Source: Nitrospirota bacterium
GTDB lineage: Bacteria > Nitrospirota > UBA9217
Length of the DNA stretch: 64,000 nucleotides
Direction: 5' to 3'
NCBI GenBank assembly: GCA_963741205.1
Contig: CAVUHW010000008.1
Coordinates: 32,001-96,000 of the forward strand
Shown: positions 39,846-50,423 of the stretch, piece after piece
Layout of the letters: each line of letters opens with the position of its first letter
Numbering within the stretch: the stretch's first letter is position 1
The notes under the pieces: model-generated
What the model was told of the DNA's origin: nothing
Database searches by the model: none
The model's input: only the letters and a program-made list of their open reading frames with translations
Translations under genes and position numbers: made by a program

Positions 39846-40910
39846 TTACCTCAGCTTCTCGACAGAAGCCTTTTGTTCTTCCGACCGGGAGCTTTCGTTG
39901 CCCGAAAGGTCCACTGCGGTGACAACATAGTGATAGACGACCCCGCTCTTTACGTTTTCGTCCGAAAACGTCGTCCGGTTGAGCGGCTTTCCCGTCAATC
40001 GCACGTAATCTCTGCCGCTCTTGATCGAGCGGTACACGTAATATCCGGCGAGGTCGGCCTCCTGGTTTTCGTTCCAGGTCAGGAACACCCGTTCCACGCC
40101 CGCTACAACGGTAAGACCCGTGGGCCTGGCCGGCGGGGTCAAGTCCCTCGGCATGGCCGATACTTCCTCGGAATCCGGGCCTTCCAGCCAGGGAGGCGCG
40201 GGGCTGTCCACGGCGCGGACGATATAGTAATACGTAGTATTGTTTACCGCCGATGCGTCCTTATACGATGCGGCCTGTAATGGTTCCTTGTTCAGAGGTG
40301 TTTCGTCGTGGAACCCCTTCTCAGTGCCGCGATATATATTGTATCCAACGAAACCCTCGACAGGCCTTCCATCCATCCATGTGTTTACCGGCTTCCACGT
40401 GAGCCGATTATTACTGTCTCCAGCCTTGGCCGCCAACCCCTTCGGCGCGGATAAGGCTATCTGCGGCGTGACCCGGACTTCCTCGGACCACGGACTGACC
40501 CCGCCCCGTGCACTTTCTGCCCTAATCCGGTATCCGTACGTTTGGCCATACCTGACTTGATCGTCAGTCCAGGTTACTACGTTGTTCCGCATGACGGCCG
40601 GCGCCGGGCTCTTCATGTCTATCTCTGCGTACCGCTTATAGCGCGTCATTTTGCGGTCCCGCCCGAGTTCAGCGCGGTATATCCTTATCTTCCGAATATC
40701 CGACGGAGCGATGCCCTTGCCCTCGACGTTCCTCGTCGGCAGCGGCCATGAGAGAGACACGACGGCGCCCCGCGCCACGGCCTCGGTAGCGCTCATCGCC
40801 TCAGGCCTCGGGCTGTCGGGAACGAGCGGTATCGTTTTTCTGCCGCAGGCAGAGGCGGCCATGAGCGCAAGCAGGCAGGCCGCTACACACCACCGGAAAC
40901 GGTTGTTCAT
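39846..40910 (-). CDS. Lipoprotein with fibronectin type III repeats
   Basis: Lipobox ASAC-GRK; repeated L.W..GY.IYR..YYY.V.AVD. Confidence 0.85.
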   Translation of the reverse strand: MNNRFRWCVAACLLALMAASACGRKTIPLVPDSPRPEAMSATEAVARGAVVSLSWPLPTRNVEGKGIAPSDIRKIRIYRAELGRDRKMTRYKRYAEIDMKSPAPAVMRNNVVTWTDDQVRYGQTYGYRIRAESARGGVSPWSEEVRVTPQIALSAPKGLAAKAGDSNNRLTWKPVNTWMDGRPVEGFVGYNIYRGTEKGFHDETPLNKEPLQAASYKDASAVNNTTYYYIVRAVDSPAPPWLEGPDSEEVSAMPRDLTPPARPTGLTVVAGVERVFLTWNENQEADLAGYYVYRSIKSGRDYVRLTGKPLNRTTFSDENVKSGVVYHYVVTAVDLSGNESSRSEEQKASVEKLR

Positions 40911-42337
40911 TTCATCGTCTTCTTCAGAAACTCAAGCCGCTTTCCCAGATTGACGGGAGCGGTGCCGCCGTATGATCTTCTCCTGCCCACCGATGTTTCC
41001 ACGGAAATGGCCTGGAACACGTCCTTGTTGATATGCGGCGAAAGCTTCCTGTATTCCGCAAGCGGCATGTCTTGGAGACCGCAGCCCAGTTCCGTCGCGC
41101 GCAGAACGGCCTTGCCCACGACCTCATGCGCCTGCCGGAAGGGCGTGCCTTTTCTGACCAGGTAATCGGCAAGGTCGGTTGCCGTGATGAATCCATCGCC
41201 CGCCGCCCGCCGCATGGCCTCCTTGTGGACCTTGACGCTTTTGAGCATTTCGGCGACGACGGAGAGCGAAAGGGTGACCGTGTCTCCTGCGTCGAAGAGG
41301 GGCTCCTTGTCCTCCTGCATGTCGCGGTTGTAGGCGAGCGGGAGGCCTTTCATGAGCGTCAGAAGCGCCACGAGGCTGCCGTACACCCTGCCGGTCTTGC
41401 CACGCGCGAGCTCCGCCACGTCGGGGTTTTTTTTCTGCGGCATGATGGAGGAACCGGTGGTAAAGGCATCCGACAAGGTGATGAAGCCGAATTCCGCCGA
41501 TGACCAGATGACGAGTTCCTCGGACAGACGGGAAAGGTGCATCATGATCTGGGCGCAGTCCGCGACGAATTCAATCGCGAAATCCCGGTCCGAGACCGCG
41601 TCCATGCTGTTCTCGCACAGGCCGCTGAAGCCGAGTTGCCTCGCCACGAACCGGCGGTCGATGGGGAGCACCGTGCCGGCCAGCGCCCCCGCACCCAGGG
41701 GAAGAATGTTTACACGTCTGAAACAATCCTTGAGCCGGCCCCGGTCGCGCTCGAACATCTCGTAGTAGGCGAGCAGGTGATGGCCGAGGAGCACGGGCTG
41801 CGCCCGCTGCAGGTGAGTGTAGCCGGGAAGAATCACGTCGCGGTGTGCGTCGGCAAGGTGCACGAGCGTCTTCTGGAGCGCGCCCAACAGATCGTGGATC
41901 TCGGCGATCTCGTCCCGCAGGTACATGCGGATGTCGAGGGCCACCTGGTCGTTCCTGCTTCGGGCGGTGTGGAGCTTGCCGCCCACGGGGCCGATCTTTT
42001 CGATCAGACGGCTCTCGATGTTCATGTGGATGTCTTCGAGCGCTATGCTGAACGAAAAGGTGCCCGCGGCCAGCTCCCTCAGGATCTCGTCCAGTCCGCG
42101 GGTGATGCGGGCCGCCTCTTTTTTCGTGATGATCCCGGTCTTGGCGAGCATGGCCGCATGCGCCCTGCTGCCGGCGATATCATACGGATACAGCCGCCAG
42201 TCGTAAGGGATCGAAGCGGTAAACTCCTCGACGAGCCGGTTCGTGGCCTCCGTGAACCGTCCGCCCCAGGGCTTGGAGGTTTTCTGAGGCTTTTTCGCCC
42301 GATGGGTCTTCGTTGCTATTTTGCTTTTCTTCGGCAT
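40907..42337 (-). CDS. argH: Argininosuccinate lyase
   Basis: [32 protein letters not shown]. Confidence 0.98.
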   Translation of the reverse strand: MPKKSKIATKTHRAKKPQKTSKPWGGRFTEATNRLVEEFTASIPYDWRLYPYDIAGSRAHAAMLAKTGIITKKEAARITRGLDEILRELAAGTFSFSIALEDIHMNIESRLIEKIGPVGGKLHTARSRNDQVALDIRMYLRDEIAEIHDLLGALQKTLVHLADAHRDVILPGYTHLQRAQPVLLGHHLLAYYEMFERDRGRLKDCFRRVNILPLGAGALAGTVLPIDRRFVARQLGFSGLCENSMDAVSDRDFAIEFVADCAQIMMHLSRLSEELVIWSSAEFGFITLSDAFTTGSSIMPQKKNPDVAELARGKTGRVYGSLVALLTLMKGLPLAYNRDMQEDKEPLFDAGDTVTLSLSVVAEMLKSVKVHKEAMRRAAGDGFITATDLADYLVRKGTPFRQAHEVVGKAVLRATELGCGLQDMPLAEYRKLSPHINKDVFQAISVETSVGRRRSYGGTAPVNLGKRLEFLKKTMK

Positions 42338-42391
42338 AGGTGTCACATGAAATTCTAAATCCCAAGCACCAAATCACCACTCCCTTAAGCC

Positions 42392-42485
42392 GTCATTCCA
42401 GCATGACTCTGGCCGGAATCCAGTGGCTTCTGGTTTTTTCTATCTTGAGAATTTTGGATTCCCGACAGAAGCATTCGGGAATGAC
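42392..42485. repeat. REP-like double-hairpin element
   Basis: gtcattccagc..ccggaatcca ... tggattcccga..tcgggaatgac. Confidence 0.85.
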
Positions 42486-42519
42486 GAAAAAAGGTCGCCT
42501 TAGCGTTATTGGGAATTTG

Positions 42520-43726
42520 TTATTTGGCTATTGCCTTCTTTTCTATCCTCAGCCGGAGCGCGTTCAGCCGGATAAAGCCTTCCGCATCCTTCTGATTGTA
42601 TACCGCGTCCGCCTCGAAGGTGGCGAGTTCGGGGTTGTAGAGAGACACCGCGGACTTGCGGCCCACGGTGTCGCAGTTTCCCTTGTATAATTTGATCCTC
42701 GCCGTGCCCGTCACGTTCTTTTGCGATTCGTCCACCATCGCCTGGAGCATGGTACGCTCGGGCGCGAACCAGTACCCGTAATAGACCAGCTCGGCGTAGC
42801 GCGGCGACGAGGCTGTCTCGCAAGTGCATGGCCTCGCGGTCCATGGTGATGGACTCGACGGCCCGGTGCGCGGCGTGCAGGAGCGTGCCGCCTGGCGTCT
42901 CGTAGACGCCGCGGGACTTCATGCCGACGTAGCGGTTTTCCACGAGGTCGACGCGGCCTACGCCGTGCGCTCCCGCGATCCGGTTCGCTTCGGCAAGGAG
43001 CACGGCGGGGGAAAGCTTTTTTCCGTTAAGGGCAACGGGGTCGCCCTCCTCGTACTCCACCTCGACGTACTCGGATTTGTCCGGCGCCTTCTCAACCGGC
43101 ACCGCCATCGTGTACATGTCGTCCGTCGATTCGCGCCAGGGGTCTTCCAGGATGCCTCCTTCATAGCTGATGTGCAGGAGGTTCCTGTCCGTGGAATAGG
43201 GCTTCGACGCGGTCGCCGTCACCGGAATCCTGTGTTTCGCTGCATAGGCGATGAGCTCCTCGCGGCCCTTCATGGTCCACTCGCGCCAGGGGGCGACGAT
43301 CTTCACGTCCGGCTTGAGCGCAAAGTAGGTGAGCTCGAAACGGACCTGGTCGTTCCCCTTGCCCGTGGCGCCGTGACAGACCGCGTCTGCGCCTTCCCGG
43401 ACGGCGATCTCGATCTGCCGCTTCGCGATGAGCGGGCGGGCGATCGACGTGCCCAGAAGATAGCGGCCTTCATACACGGCGTTCGCACGCAGAAGCGGGA
43501 ACACGAAGTCGCGGACGAACTCTTCGCGGAGGTCGTCGATGTAGATCCTGCTCGCCCCGGTCTTGACGGCCTTCTCACGGAGGGGCTCCAGTTCCTCGCC
43601 CTGGCCGATGTCCGCGGTAAAGGCGATCACCTCGCAGCCGTAGGTTTCCCTGAGCCAGGTGATGATGACCGACGTGTCGAGTCCGCCGGAGTAGGCGACA
43701 ACGATTTTCTTGATATCCTGCTTCAA
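42520..43726 (-). CDS. argG: Argininosuccinate synthase (frameshift near 42805)
   Basis: [31 protein letters not shown]; C-terminus [10 protein letters not shown] in another frame. Confidence 0.96.
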
Positions 43727-43754
43727 ACAAAAACTCCTACTGACAACTTAGGTC

Positions 43755-43909
43755 GTCATTCCCGCCCCTGCTTGAATCATGCTGGGGCAGGCTCCAGCGG
43801 GAATCCGTTGGCTTTTCTAAGGACTAAATTCAAAATGGATTCCCGATAAAACCATTCGCCCTGCACTCGCGTTTCCGCACTCGTAAACGCTGGGTGCAGG
43901 CGGAATGAC
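43755..43909. repeat. REP-like element carrying nested insertions
   Basis: gtcattccc...gggaatcc...ggattccc...ggaatgac interrupted by cctgc..gcaggc modules. Confidence 0.8.
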
Positions 43910-43958
43910 AGTTTGGTTGTTAGATGGACCGTTCAGTGGCATCGGCGGTCGATCTAAG

Positions 43959-44558
43959 TTATTTCCCTTCCACGATCTTCACTTTCATCTCGATGCGGTC
44001 GTTCGGGTTGTCGGCCTGGTCGCGGGGTTGTGCAACGATCTTGTCGACGGCCTCGATCCCGCTCACGACTTCGCCGAAGACCGTGTACTGCCGGTCAAGA
44101 AACGGCGAATCCTTCACGCAGATGAAGAACTGGGACCCGGCGCTGTCGGGGCTGGCGGCCCTGGCCATGGAGAGCGTGCCGCGCTTGTGCGGCTTTTCGT
44201 TGAATTCGGCCTTGATGGTGTACCCCGGCCCGCCCTGGCCGTGCCTGCTCCTGTCCGTGTTCTTCGTGTTCGGGTCGCCGCCCTGGATCATGAATCCGGG
44301 AATCACGCGGTGAAACGTCGTCCCGTCATAAAAGCCTTTCTTTGCCAGATCAATGAAGTTCTTGACATGCCCCGGCGCCACGTCGGGGAAAAATTTGAGC
44401 GTGATGCTGCCGAATTTCGTTTCGATGATTGCCGTGGTTTCCGCCATTTTTTTGATCTCCTGTGGTGTGAATTTTTGCGGCTGCTGCTGGGCGAACGACG
44501 CCGAGGCGACGAGTGCGCCAATAGCCAGAATCATGAGAACAAGGACCGTTTTTTTCAT
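43959..44558 (-). CDS. Exported cyclophilin-type peptidyl-prolyl isomerase
   Basis: FHRVIPGFMIQGGDP, AGSQFFI, YTVFG; signal peptide. Confidence 0.96.
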   Translation of the reverse strand: MKKTVLVLMILAIGALVASASFAQQQPQKFTPQEIKKMAETTAIIETKFGSITLKFFPDVAPGHVKNFIDLAKKGFYDGTTFHRVIPGFMIQGGDPNTKNTDRSRHGQGGPGYTIKAEFNEKPHKRGTLSMARAASPDSAGSQFFICVKDSPFLDRQYTVFGEVVSGIEAVDKIVAQPRDQADNPNDRIEMKVKIVEGK

Positions 44559-44774
44559 GGACCATAACCTCCTGTGCCGGGGAATAGGCCTGGAATGTGC
44601 ATTGGCAGGCAAAGATATACAGTTTTACCAGAAAGCCGGAAGGTTGTCAAACAAAACCAGAGGCTTGCGCGTTTCCCGGTCCTGGATTCGGCGCTTCCCA
44701 TTTCGGAGTTTTTCTGATATTATTTTTCCATCGTCAAGGAGCAGACTGCCGCATCACGAAAGGGGTAAGCGATC

Positions 44775-45200
44775 ATGGTACAGAAAGCAACGAGCGCGTT
44801 AACTGATATGATGAACAGGGCGATCGCCCGCGAGATCCAGGTGAGCGTCCAGTATATGTGGCAGCACGTCATGGCAAAAGGGCTGGACTCGGCGGCGATT
44901 TCGGACGTGTTCGAGGACGTCGCGATAGCCGAGATGAAACACGCGGAAAAGATTGCGGAACGGATTTTCTATTTCGACGTAGTCCCCACGATCAAACCCG
45001 ATGCCATCAAGGTCGGCGGTTCAATCAAGGAGATGCTCGAATTTGACGCGAAGGCCGAGGAAGAGGCCATCGAGCTTTACAAGAAAATCATCAAACAGGC
45101 CGGGTCAGAAGGCGACTCGACAACCAGGCTTCTCTTCGAGGAGATCCTCGCGGACGAGGAAGACCATCACGATACGTTTACGACGCTGCTGGGGAAATAA
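44775..45200 (+). CDS. Ferritin-like (bacterioferritin-related) protein
   Basis: E..Y, EMKH, EEEA, EEDH ferroxidase ligands. Confidence 0.9.
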   Translation: MVQKATSALTDMMNRAIAREIQVSVQYMWQHVMAKGLDSAAISDVFEDVAIAEMKHAEKIAERIFYFDVVPTIKPDAIKVGGSIKEMLEFDAKAEEEAIELYKKIIKQAGSEGDSTTRLLFEEILADEEDHHDTFTTLLGK

Positions 45201-45224
45201 CCCACCTTCGTCAACCTCGGTAAC

Positions 45225-45388
45225 GTCATTCCCGAAATCCTCAATCGGGAATTCAGCGGTTTTGGTTCATCGGTAAAGGAAACGAAGACACACCCTGCAC
45301 TCGCGCTATAGGCACTCATAAACGCTGGCCGCAGGCTCATAACCGTTGGGTGCAGGCTGGATTCCCGATGGAACCGTTCGGGAATGAC
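45225..45388. repeat. REP-like element carrying nested insertion
   Basis: gtcattcccga..tcgggaattc ... ccctgcac..gtgcagg ... tggattcccga..tcgggaatgac. Confidence 0.8.
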
Positions 45389-45415
45389 GAATAATAAATG
45401 TTCGGCGCTCCACCC

Positions 45416-46261
45416 ATGCAAATCATAACCACCATCTCCGAAATGCAGTCACTCGCTGAATCACAGCGGCGGCAGGGAAAGACCATCGGCCTGGTGCCCA
45501 CCATGGGCTTTCTGCACGAAGGCCACCTCTCGCTCATGCGGCGGGCGCGGCAGGAGTGCGACACCGTTGTCGCCAGCATCTTCGTGAACCCGACGCAGTT
45601 CGGGCCCCAGGAGGATTTCGACCGCTATCCCCGCGATGACGAAGGCGACCGGGCGAAGTGCGGGTCCGCCGGCGTCGATATCCTGTTCATGCCGAAGGCC
45701 TCCGAGATGTATCCGGAAAAGCCTTCCGTGTTCGTCGACGTGGAGGGGATATCGGACATCCTCGAAGGCGCGGCCAGGCCAGGGCATTTCCGCGGCGTGG
45801 CCACGGTAGTCTCCAAGCTCTTCCACATCGTCAAACCGCACACGGCCTATTTCGGCCAGAAGGATTACCAGCAATGCGCAGTGATCAGGCGCATGGCGAA
45901 GTGCCTGAACATGGATGTGAAGATCGCGGTGCTCCCGACGGTCCGCGAACAGGACGGCCTCGCGATGAGCTCGCGCAACAGCTATCTCAGCACCGAGGAG
46001 CGGCGCGCCGCCGCGGCGATTTATCGCGCTCTTTCGTCCGCCGGGCAGCTCGTCAAGGCCGGTGTGAAAGAGCCGGAGAAGCTCAAGAACAAGATGCAGG
46101 CGGTTTTGCAGGAGGAGCGGGGGATCTCTATCGACTATATCGAGATCGCAGACTGCGAGAGCCTCGCCCCGCTCGCGGTCGTCCAGGAAAACATGGTGGT
46201 GTTGGTTGCGGTTCGTCTCGGACGCACAAGACTGATTGACAATCTCCCGGTACTATGCTAA
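45416..46261 (+). CDS. panC: Pantoate--beta-alanine ligase
   Basis: VPTMGFLHEGH, FVNPTQF, RPGHFRGV, GQKD, AMSSRN, RLIDN. Confidence 0.98.
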   Translation: MQIITTISEMQSLAESQRRQGKTIGLVPTMGFLHEGHLSLMRRARQECDTVVASIFVNPTQFGPQEDFDRYPRDDEGDRAKCGSAGVDILFMPKASEMYPEKPSVFVDVEGISDILEGAARPGHFRGVATVVSKLFHIVKPHTAYFGQKDYQQCAVIRRMAKCLNMDVKIAVLPTVREQDGLAMSSRNSYLSTEERRAAAAIYRALSSAGQLVKAGVKEPEKLKNKMQAVLQEERGISIDYIEIADCESLAPLAVVQENMVVLVAVRLGRTRLIDNLPVLC

Positions 46262-46353
46262 TTAGTGCATCGGCCTGAAGCATTGTTCGGATGTTGCCTC
46301 GAGTCGCAAGCGTCCTTTGTGGAAGCATACTCCCTGCAGCTTTCCCCCTCCGC

Positions 46354-46385
46354 TTGACAATGAGGTCACTTTCAGTTACTATGAC
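46354..46385 (+). promoter_or_regulatory. Sigma70 promoter/operator of the TA operon
   Basis: TTGACA(46354)-17 bp-TACTAT(46377) with GTCA..TGAC dyad. Confidence 0.7.
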
Positions 46386-46388
46386 TAC

Positions 46389-46682
46389 ATGCAAACGAAA
46401 ACCATTGGCATTCGTGAAATGAAAGCCCATCTGAGCGGCTATCTGAGGGACGTGAAGCGGGGCGAGGAACTGCTCATCTCGGAGCGGGGCAAGGCCATCG
46501 CCCGCCTTGTGCCGGCAGGCGCTCCGGCGGAGGCAGGCAAGCTGCATTCCGCGCTCGTCAAAATGGCGCTCGCGGGCGCGATCATCCTTCCGCCGTCGTA
46601 CAAACCGCCGCGCCGGCCGAAATTCAGAAAAAAAGTAAAAGGTTCTCTCTTCTCCAAGGCGATCATCGAGGACCGGCGATGA
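46389..46682 (+). CDS. Phd/YefM family antitoxin
   Basis: IGIREMKAHLSGYLRDVKRGEELLISERGKAIARLVP; ATGA overlap with toxin. Confidence 0.92.
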   Translation: MQTKTIGIREMKAHLSGYLRDVKRGEELLISERGKAIARLVPAGAPAEAGKLHSALVKMALAGAIILPPSYKPPRRPKFRKKVKGSLFSKAIIEDRR

Positions 46683-47104
46683 TGCTCTATCTCGATACGT
46701 CCGCGCTCATCAAGCGTTACGTGGACGAGGACGGGTCCGGGCGCGTGAATGAGCTGTGGGACGGGGCAACGGGGATCGCGACATCGGTCGTCGCCTTTGC
46801 GGAAATGATCGCCGCGCTGAACCGCAAGCTTCGGGAAGGCGTCTTGTCAGCCCGTGAGTATTCCCGAACGGCAACTTCCTTCAAGAGCGACTATCGCCGG
46901 ATCATTCTCATTCCCGTCAATGCAGGACTGAATGAACGCATTGAATCGCTGGCGCGGAAATATGCACTGAGGGGGTTTGATGCAATTCACCTGGCATCGG
47001 CGCTTGTGATTCGAAGCAACGGCAAGGTGGACACGGGTTTCGCCTGCTACGACCGCGTGCTGAATGAAGCGGCAATGAAGGAAGGCTTTCCATCAATCCT
47101 CTAA
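46679..47104 (+). CDS. vapC: VapC PIN-domain toxin
   Basis: YLDTSALIKRY, LRGFDAIHLASAL, FACYD. Confidence 0.92.
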   Translation: MMLYLDTSALIKRYVDEDGSGRVNELWDGATGIATSVVAFAEMIAALNRKLREGVLSAREYSRTATSFKSDYRRIILIPVNAGLNERIESLARKYALRGFDAIHLASALVIRSNGKVDTGFACYDRVLNEAAMKEGFPSIL

Positions 47105-47277
47105 CTATCCTCGTCCCACAACCCCGTCGGGTGAACATCTTAGGCAGAACGCCGTCGTTAAAGCCGGTAGGTTGAGCAATGGGCATCATCTTGCCCAATA
47201 GAATTCAAAAGATGTTGTACTGTGATTCGTAGCTAACCTGCAATCTGCGTACTTTATCATGGAAGGAGCAAACCACT

Positions 47278-47616
47278 ATGATCAACCCTCAGTTCGTCAC
47301 TACCGCGTTTGACCTTCCGGGCCATCGCATCGTGAAGAATCTCGGCGTGGTGCGGGGCATCGTGGTCCGGTCGCGCAGCATCATCGGGAACGTCGGGGCC
47401 GTAATCCAGATGCTCTTCGGCGGGAACATCACGCTCTACACCGCCCTGTGCGAGAAGGCCCGATCCGATGCCTATAATTTGATGCTGGAACACGCGGAGG
47501 AGCACGGCGCGAACGCACTCATCGGCATGCGCTACGACGCCAACGAGGTTACAGCGGGAGTCACCGAGGTGCTGGCTTACGGGACTGCCGTGATGGTAGA
47601 ACAATCACCGCGTTAG
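47278..47616 (+). CDS. YbjQ/UPF0145 family protein
   Basis: [30 protein letters not shown]. Confidence 0.93.
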   Translation: MINPQFVTTAFDLPGHRIVKNLGVVRGIVVRSRSIIGNVGAVIQMLFGGNITLYTALCEKARSDAYNLMLEHAEEHGANALIGMRYDANEVTAGVTEVLAYGTAVMVEQSPR

Positions 47617-48012
47617 TAGGGGCTTCACGCCGGGATGAACAAACTTTACTTTTCGGGGATTTGGGGAAACCATGGGGGCAGATCAGCGACGTGATCCGCA
47701 GGACGATGCGGACTCGCGAGCGGTAGAGTGGCCGCCCTTTTTTCTTGATCGCCTGTACGCCTTGGGCAATACGCCATGGACGCCTTCGATGGCAGTGGAC
47801 GTGGAAACCGACTGCAAAAGAGCAGATTTGAGGTCGGCGGCTTCTCTCAGAAAGGGATCGGATTTTACCGGGGGAAGTTTAGCATGAGAAAATAACCATA
47901 AACGGCAGGGATGATCATTGCGAAACTTTGCACCAGATCGTCAGGATGAATGGCACGCCGGATATTTCACCCTCCCCAACCCCTCCTATCAAGGGAGGGG
48001 CTACGTAAGTTC

Positions 48013-49518
48013 CTACACCATCACGACCTCGTACTGCTCCTGGTGCAGGTTGGGATCGGCCTTGATCACGACCTTTTTCTGAAATTCCTTCTCCAGTTCC
48101 TCCACGCCCTGCCGTTCCTCGTCGTACAGCATGTCGGCGACAACGGAATTGACGGTAACGAGCGCCTTCTTCTCGTCCGCCTTTGAGAAGGCCCTGCGGA
48201 TTTCCCGAAGGACCTCGTAGCACACAGTCCGGCTCGACTTGATGTACCCGCGGCCGTCGCAGTACGGGCAGGGCTCGCACAGCGTGCGGCCCAGGCTCTC
48301 CCGGATTCTCTTCCTGGTCATCTCGATCAAGCCGATCGGAGAGATGTGCGAGATTGTGGTTTTCGCCTTGTCGGAGGCGAGCGCCTCCTGAAGCGCCGAA
48401 TAGACCTTCCTGCGGTTGTCCTCCCGTTCCATGTCGATGAAGTCCAGGATGATGATGCCGCCGATGTTCCGGAGCCGGAGCTGGTAGGCGATTTCGCGCA
48501 AAGCCTCGAGGTTGGTTTTGAGGATGGTATCCTCGAGGGTCCGCTTGCCCACGTACCTGCCGGTGTTCACGTCGATGGCGGTAAGCGCCTCGGTCTGGTC
48601 TACGATGATGTATCCGCCCGATTTGAGCCAGACCTTCCTGCCGAGGGCGCGTGAGATTTCTATCTCCACGCCGTAATGGTCGAAGACAGGCTCGTCACCC
48701 TCAAAGGGTTTCACGCGCCGGGAAAGCTGCGGGATGTAGGAGTCCACGAACTCCCTGACCCGCTGGTATTCATCGGGTGAATCGATGACCATCCTGTCCA
48801 CGTCGCGGGTGAAGACGTCCCGGATGACGCGGAAGACCAGGTCAAGCTCGTTGTGCATCAGGGCCGGGGCCGAGGTGCGCTCCTTTTTTTTCTGGATGTT
48901 GTCCCACAGTCTTCCCAGGAATTCGATGTCGGCGGTGAAGTCGTCCTCGCTCCTGCCCTGGCTTGCGGTCCGGATGATGTAGCCCGTGTTCGGCCTCCGG
49001 AGGCGGCTCACGATCTCGCGCAGGCGCTTCCGCTCCTCGCCGTTCTCGATGCGGCGCGAGACGCCGATGTGGTTCACGCCGGGCATCATGACGAGATAGC
49101 GTCCGGGGATGCTGATGTAGGTCGTGACACGCGCACCCTTGGTGCTGATCGGCTCTTTCGAAACCTGGACGAGAATCTCCTGGCCCTCCTGCAAAAGGTC
49201 CTCGATCTGGTTGGAGTGGGAACGCTTCCGTTTGGTTTCGACCTCCAGCTCCAGGCCCTCGTCGTCCATCATGGGCGTGTATTCCGACGTGCTGTCGAAG
49301 ACGTCGCCGACGTAGAGGAAGGCGGATTTTTCCAGGCCGATGTCAACGAAGGCCGCCTGCATGCCGGGAAGGACCTTCATGACCCTGCCTTTGTACACAT
49401 TCCCCGCGATGCCGCGGTCTTTCTTGCGGTCGATATAGATTTCCGTGACAAGTCCGTTCTCAAGAAGCGCCACGCGGGTTTCCTCCCGGCCGGCGTTTAC
49501 GATGATCTCAGATGGCAT
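48013..49518 (-). CDS. rng: Rne/Rng family ribonuclease (RNase G-like)
   Basis: GNVYKGRV..PGMQAAFVDIG, IDVNTG, GGIIILDFIDM, CPYC. Confidence 0.95.
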   Translation of the reverse strand: MPSEIIVNAGREETRVALLENGLVTEIYIDRKKDRGIAGNVYKGRVMKVLPGMQAAFVDIGLEKSAFLYVGDVFDSTSEYTPMMDDEGLELEVETKRKRSHSNQIEDLLQEGQEILVQVSKEPISTKGARVTTYISIPGRYLVMMPGVNHIGVSRRIENGEERKRLREIVSRLRRPNTGYIIRTASQGRSEDDFTADIEFLGRLWDNIQKKKERTSAPALMHNELDLVFRVIRDVFTRDVDRMVIDSPDEYQRVREFVDSYIPQLSRRVKPFEGDEPVFDHYGVEIEISRALGRKVWLKSGGYIIVDQTEALTAIDVNTGRYVGKRTLEDTILKTNLEALREIAYQLRLRNIGGIIILDFIDMEREDNRRKVYSALQEALASDKAKTTISHISPIGLIEMTRKRIRESLGRTLCEPCPYCDGRGYIKSSRTVCYEVLREIRRAFSKADEKKALVTVNSVVADMLYDEERQGVEELEKEFQKKVVIKADPNLHQEQYEVVMV

Positions 49519-49723
49519 ACAGTCTCCTTGGCGGAATGGATGTGATGATTAATGCATTTTATAATAAGTGGGGTTGCTAATACAAGGACAAAAAGGAAGT
49601 GGGGGTGCGTGTTGCGGGTTGCGATGTTACGAGGAGGCGTGGTAAAACTCGCAACGGAACCTTGCTTTGGCAGGACAGATTAACGTTATAATCATTGCAA
49701 ACGCAATGACAAACACGCTCGAG

Positions 49724-50395
49724 TTACACGGCCTCCAGGGGACTTTTCCATTGGTCGCCGTCCCGGTAGAATAGGCCCGTACGCCTGACACGGAACAGGG
49801 CGGATTGCTCCGGTCCGATGCCGAACAACTGCCCGATAACGTCCTGCACCCGCGGCCTTACTTCGCCATGGTCAACGAGCGTGACGATCAGTCCGCCGGT
49901 ATTGGCAGAGCCCTGGGGCTCGATCGATTCTATGCAAGGACGGATGTCCCTCTCTTTTCCCTCTTTTGAAACGATAAGAGAGGTACGTGCCAGCAGGGCC
50001 GCGATCTTTGTTGTCAGCTCTCCCCGGGGCGCCGGCTCGTGGACTTCGTACACATACCTTCCGATGCAGCCGGAAATGGACGGCGCCTTCTTCGGAATGA
50101 CCCCGGACTCGAGTATCCGTACTCCCTCAGGCAGGACTGCGTTCAGGTCCTTCGTCAGCTGAAGCAGATCGACGAATGGATCGGTCTCCATATCGAGAAA
50201 TTCCGTCTCGCTTTCCATGCCCACGGAGAGTGCGGGACCGAAGGCGATCCTGGGATGGGGGTTAAACCCCTGGGACCACGCGATGGGTATACCTGCGCGG
50301 ACCGCGGCCCGATGAATGAGCGTCATGAAATCGAGATGAGACAGAAACCTGATGCGGCCCGCCTTGGTGTATCTCATTCTGATGCGCGTGGTCAT
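49724..50395 (-). CDS. Radical SAM-linked protein (TIGR03936-like)
   Basis: RFLSHLD..SQGFNPHPRIAFGPALSVG. Confidence 0.9.
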   Translation of the reverse strand: MTTRIRMRYTKAGRIRFLSHLDFMTLIHRAAVRAGIPIAWSQGFNPHPRIAFGPALSVGMESETEFLDMETDPFVDLLQLTKDLNAVLPEGVRILESGVIPKKAPSISGCIGRYVYEVHEPAPRGELTTKIAALLARTSLIVSKEGKERDIRPCIESIEPQGSANTGGLIVTLVDHGEVRPRVQDVIGQLFGIGPEQSALFRVRRTGLFYRDGDQWKSPLEAV

Positions 50396-50423
50396 GCCCG
50401 GAAGTCCCTCAGGCCTCCCGCGG

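Noticed and set aside
39736-45388. CRISPR array from the recurring palindromes
   Set aside because: Copies are dispersed between genes rather than regularly spaced with spacers, and there are no cas genes.
47672-47887. 71-aa ORF
   Set aside because: No recognisable motif or convincing RBS; cannot be supported.
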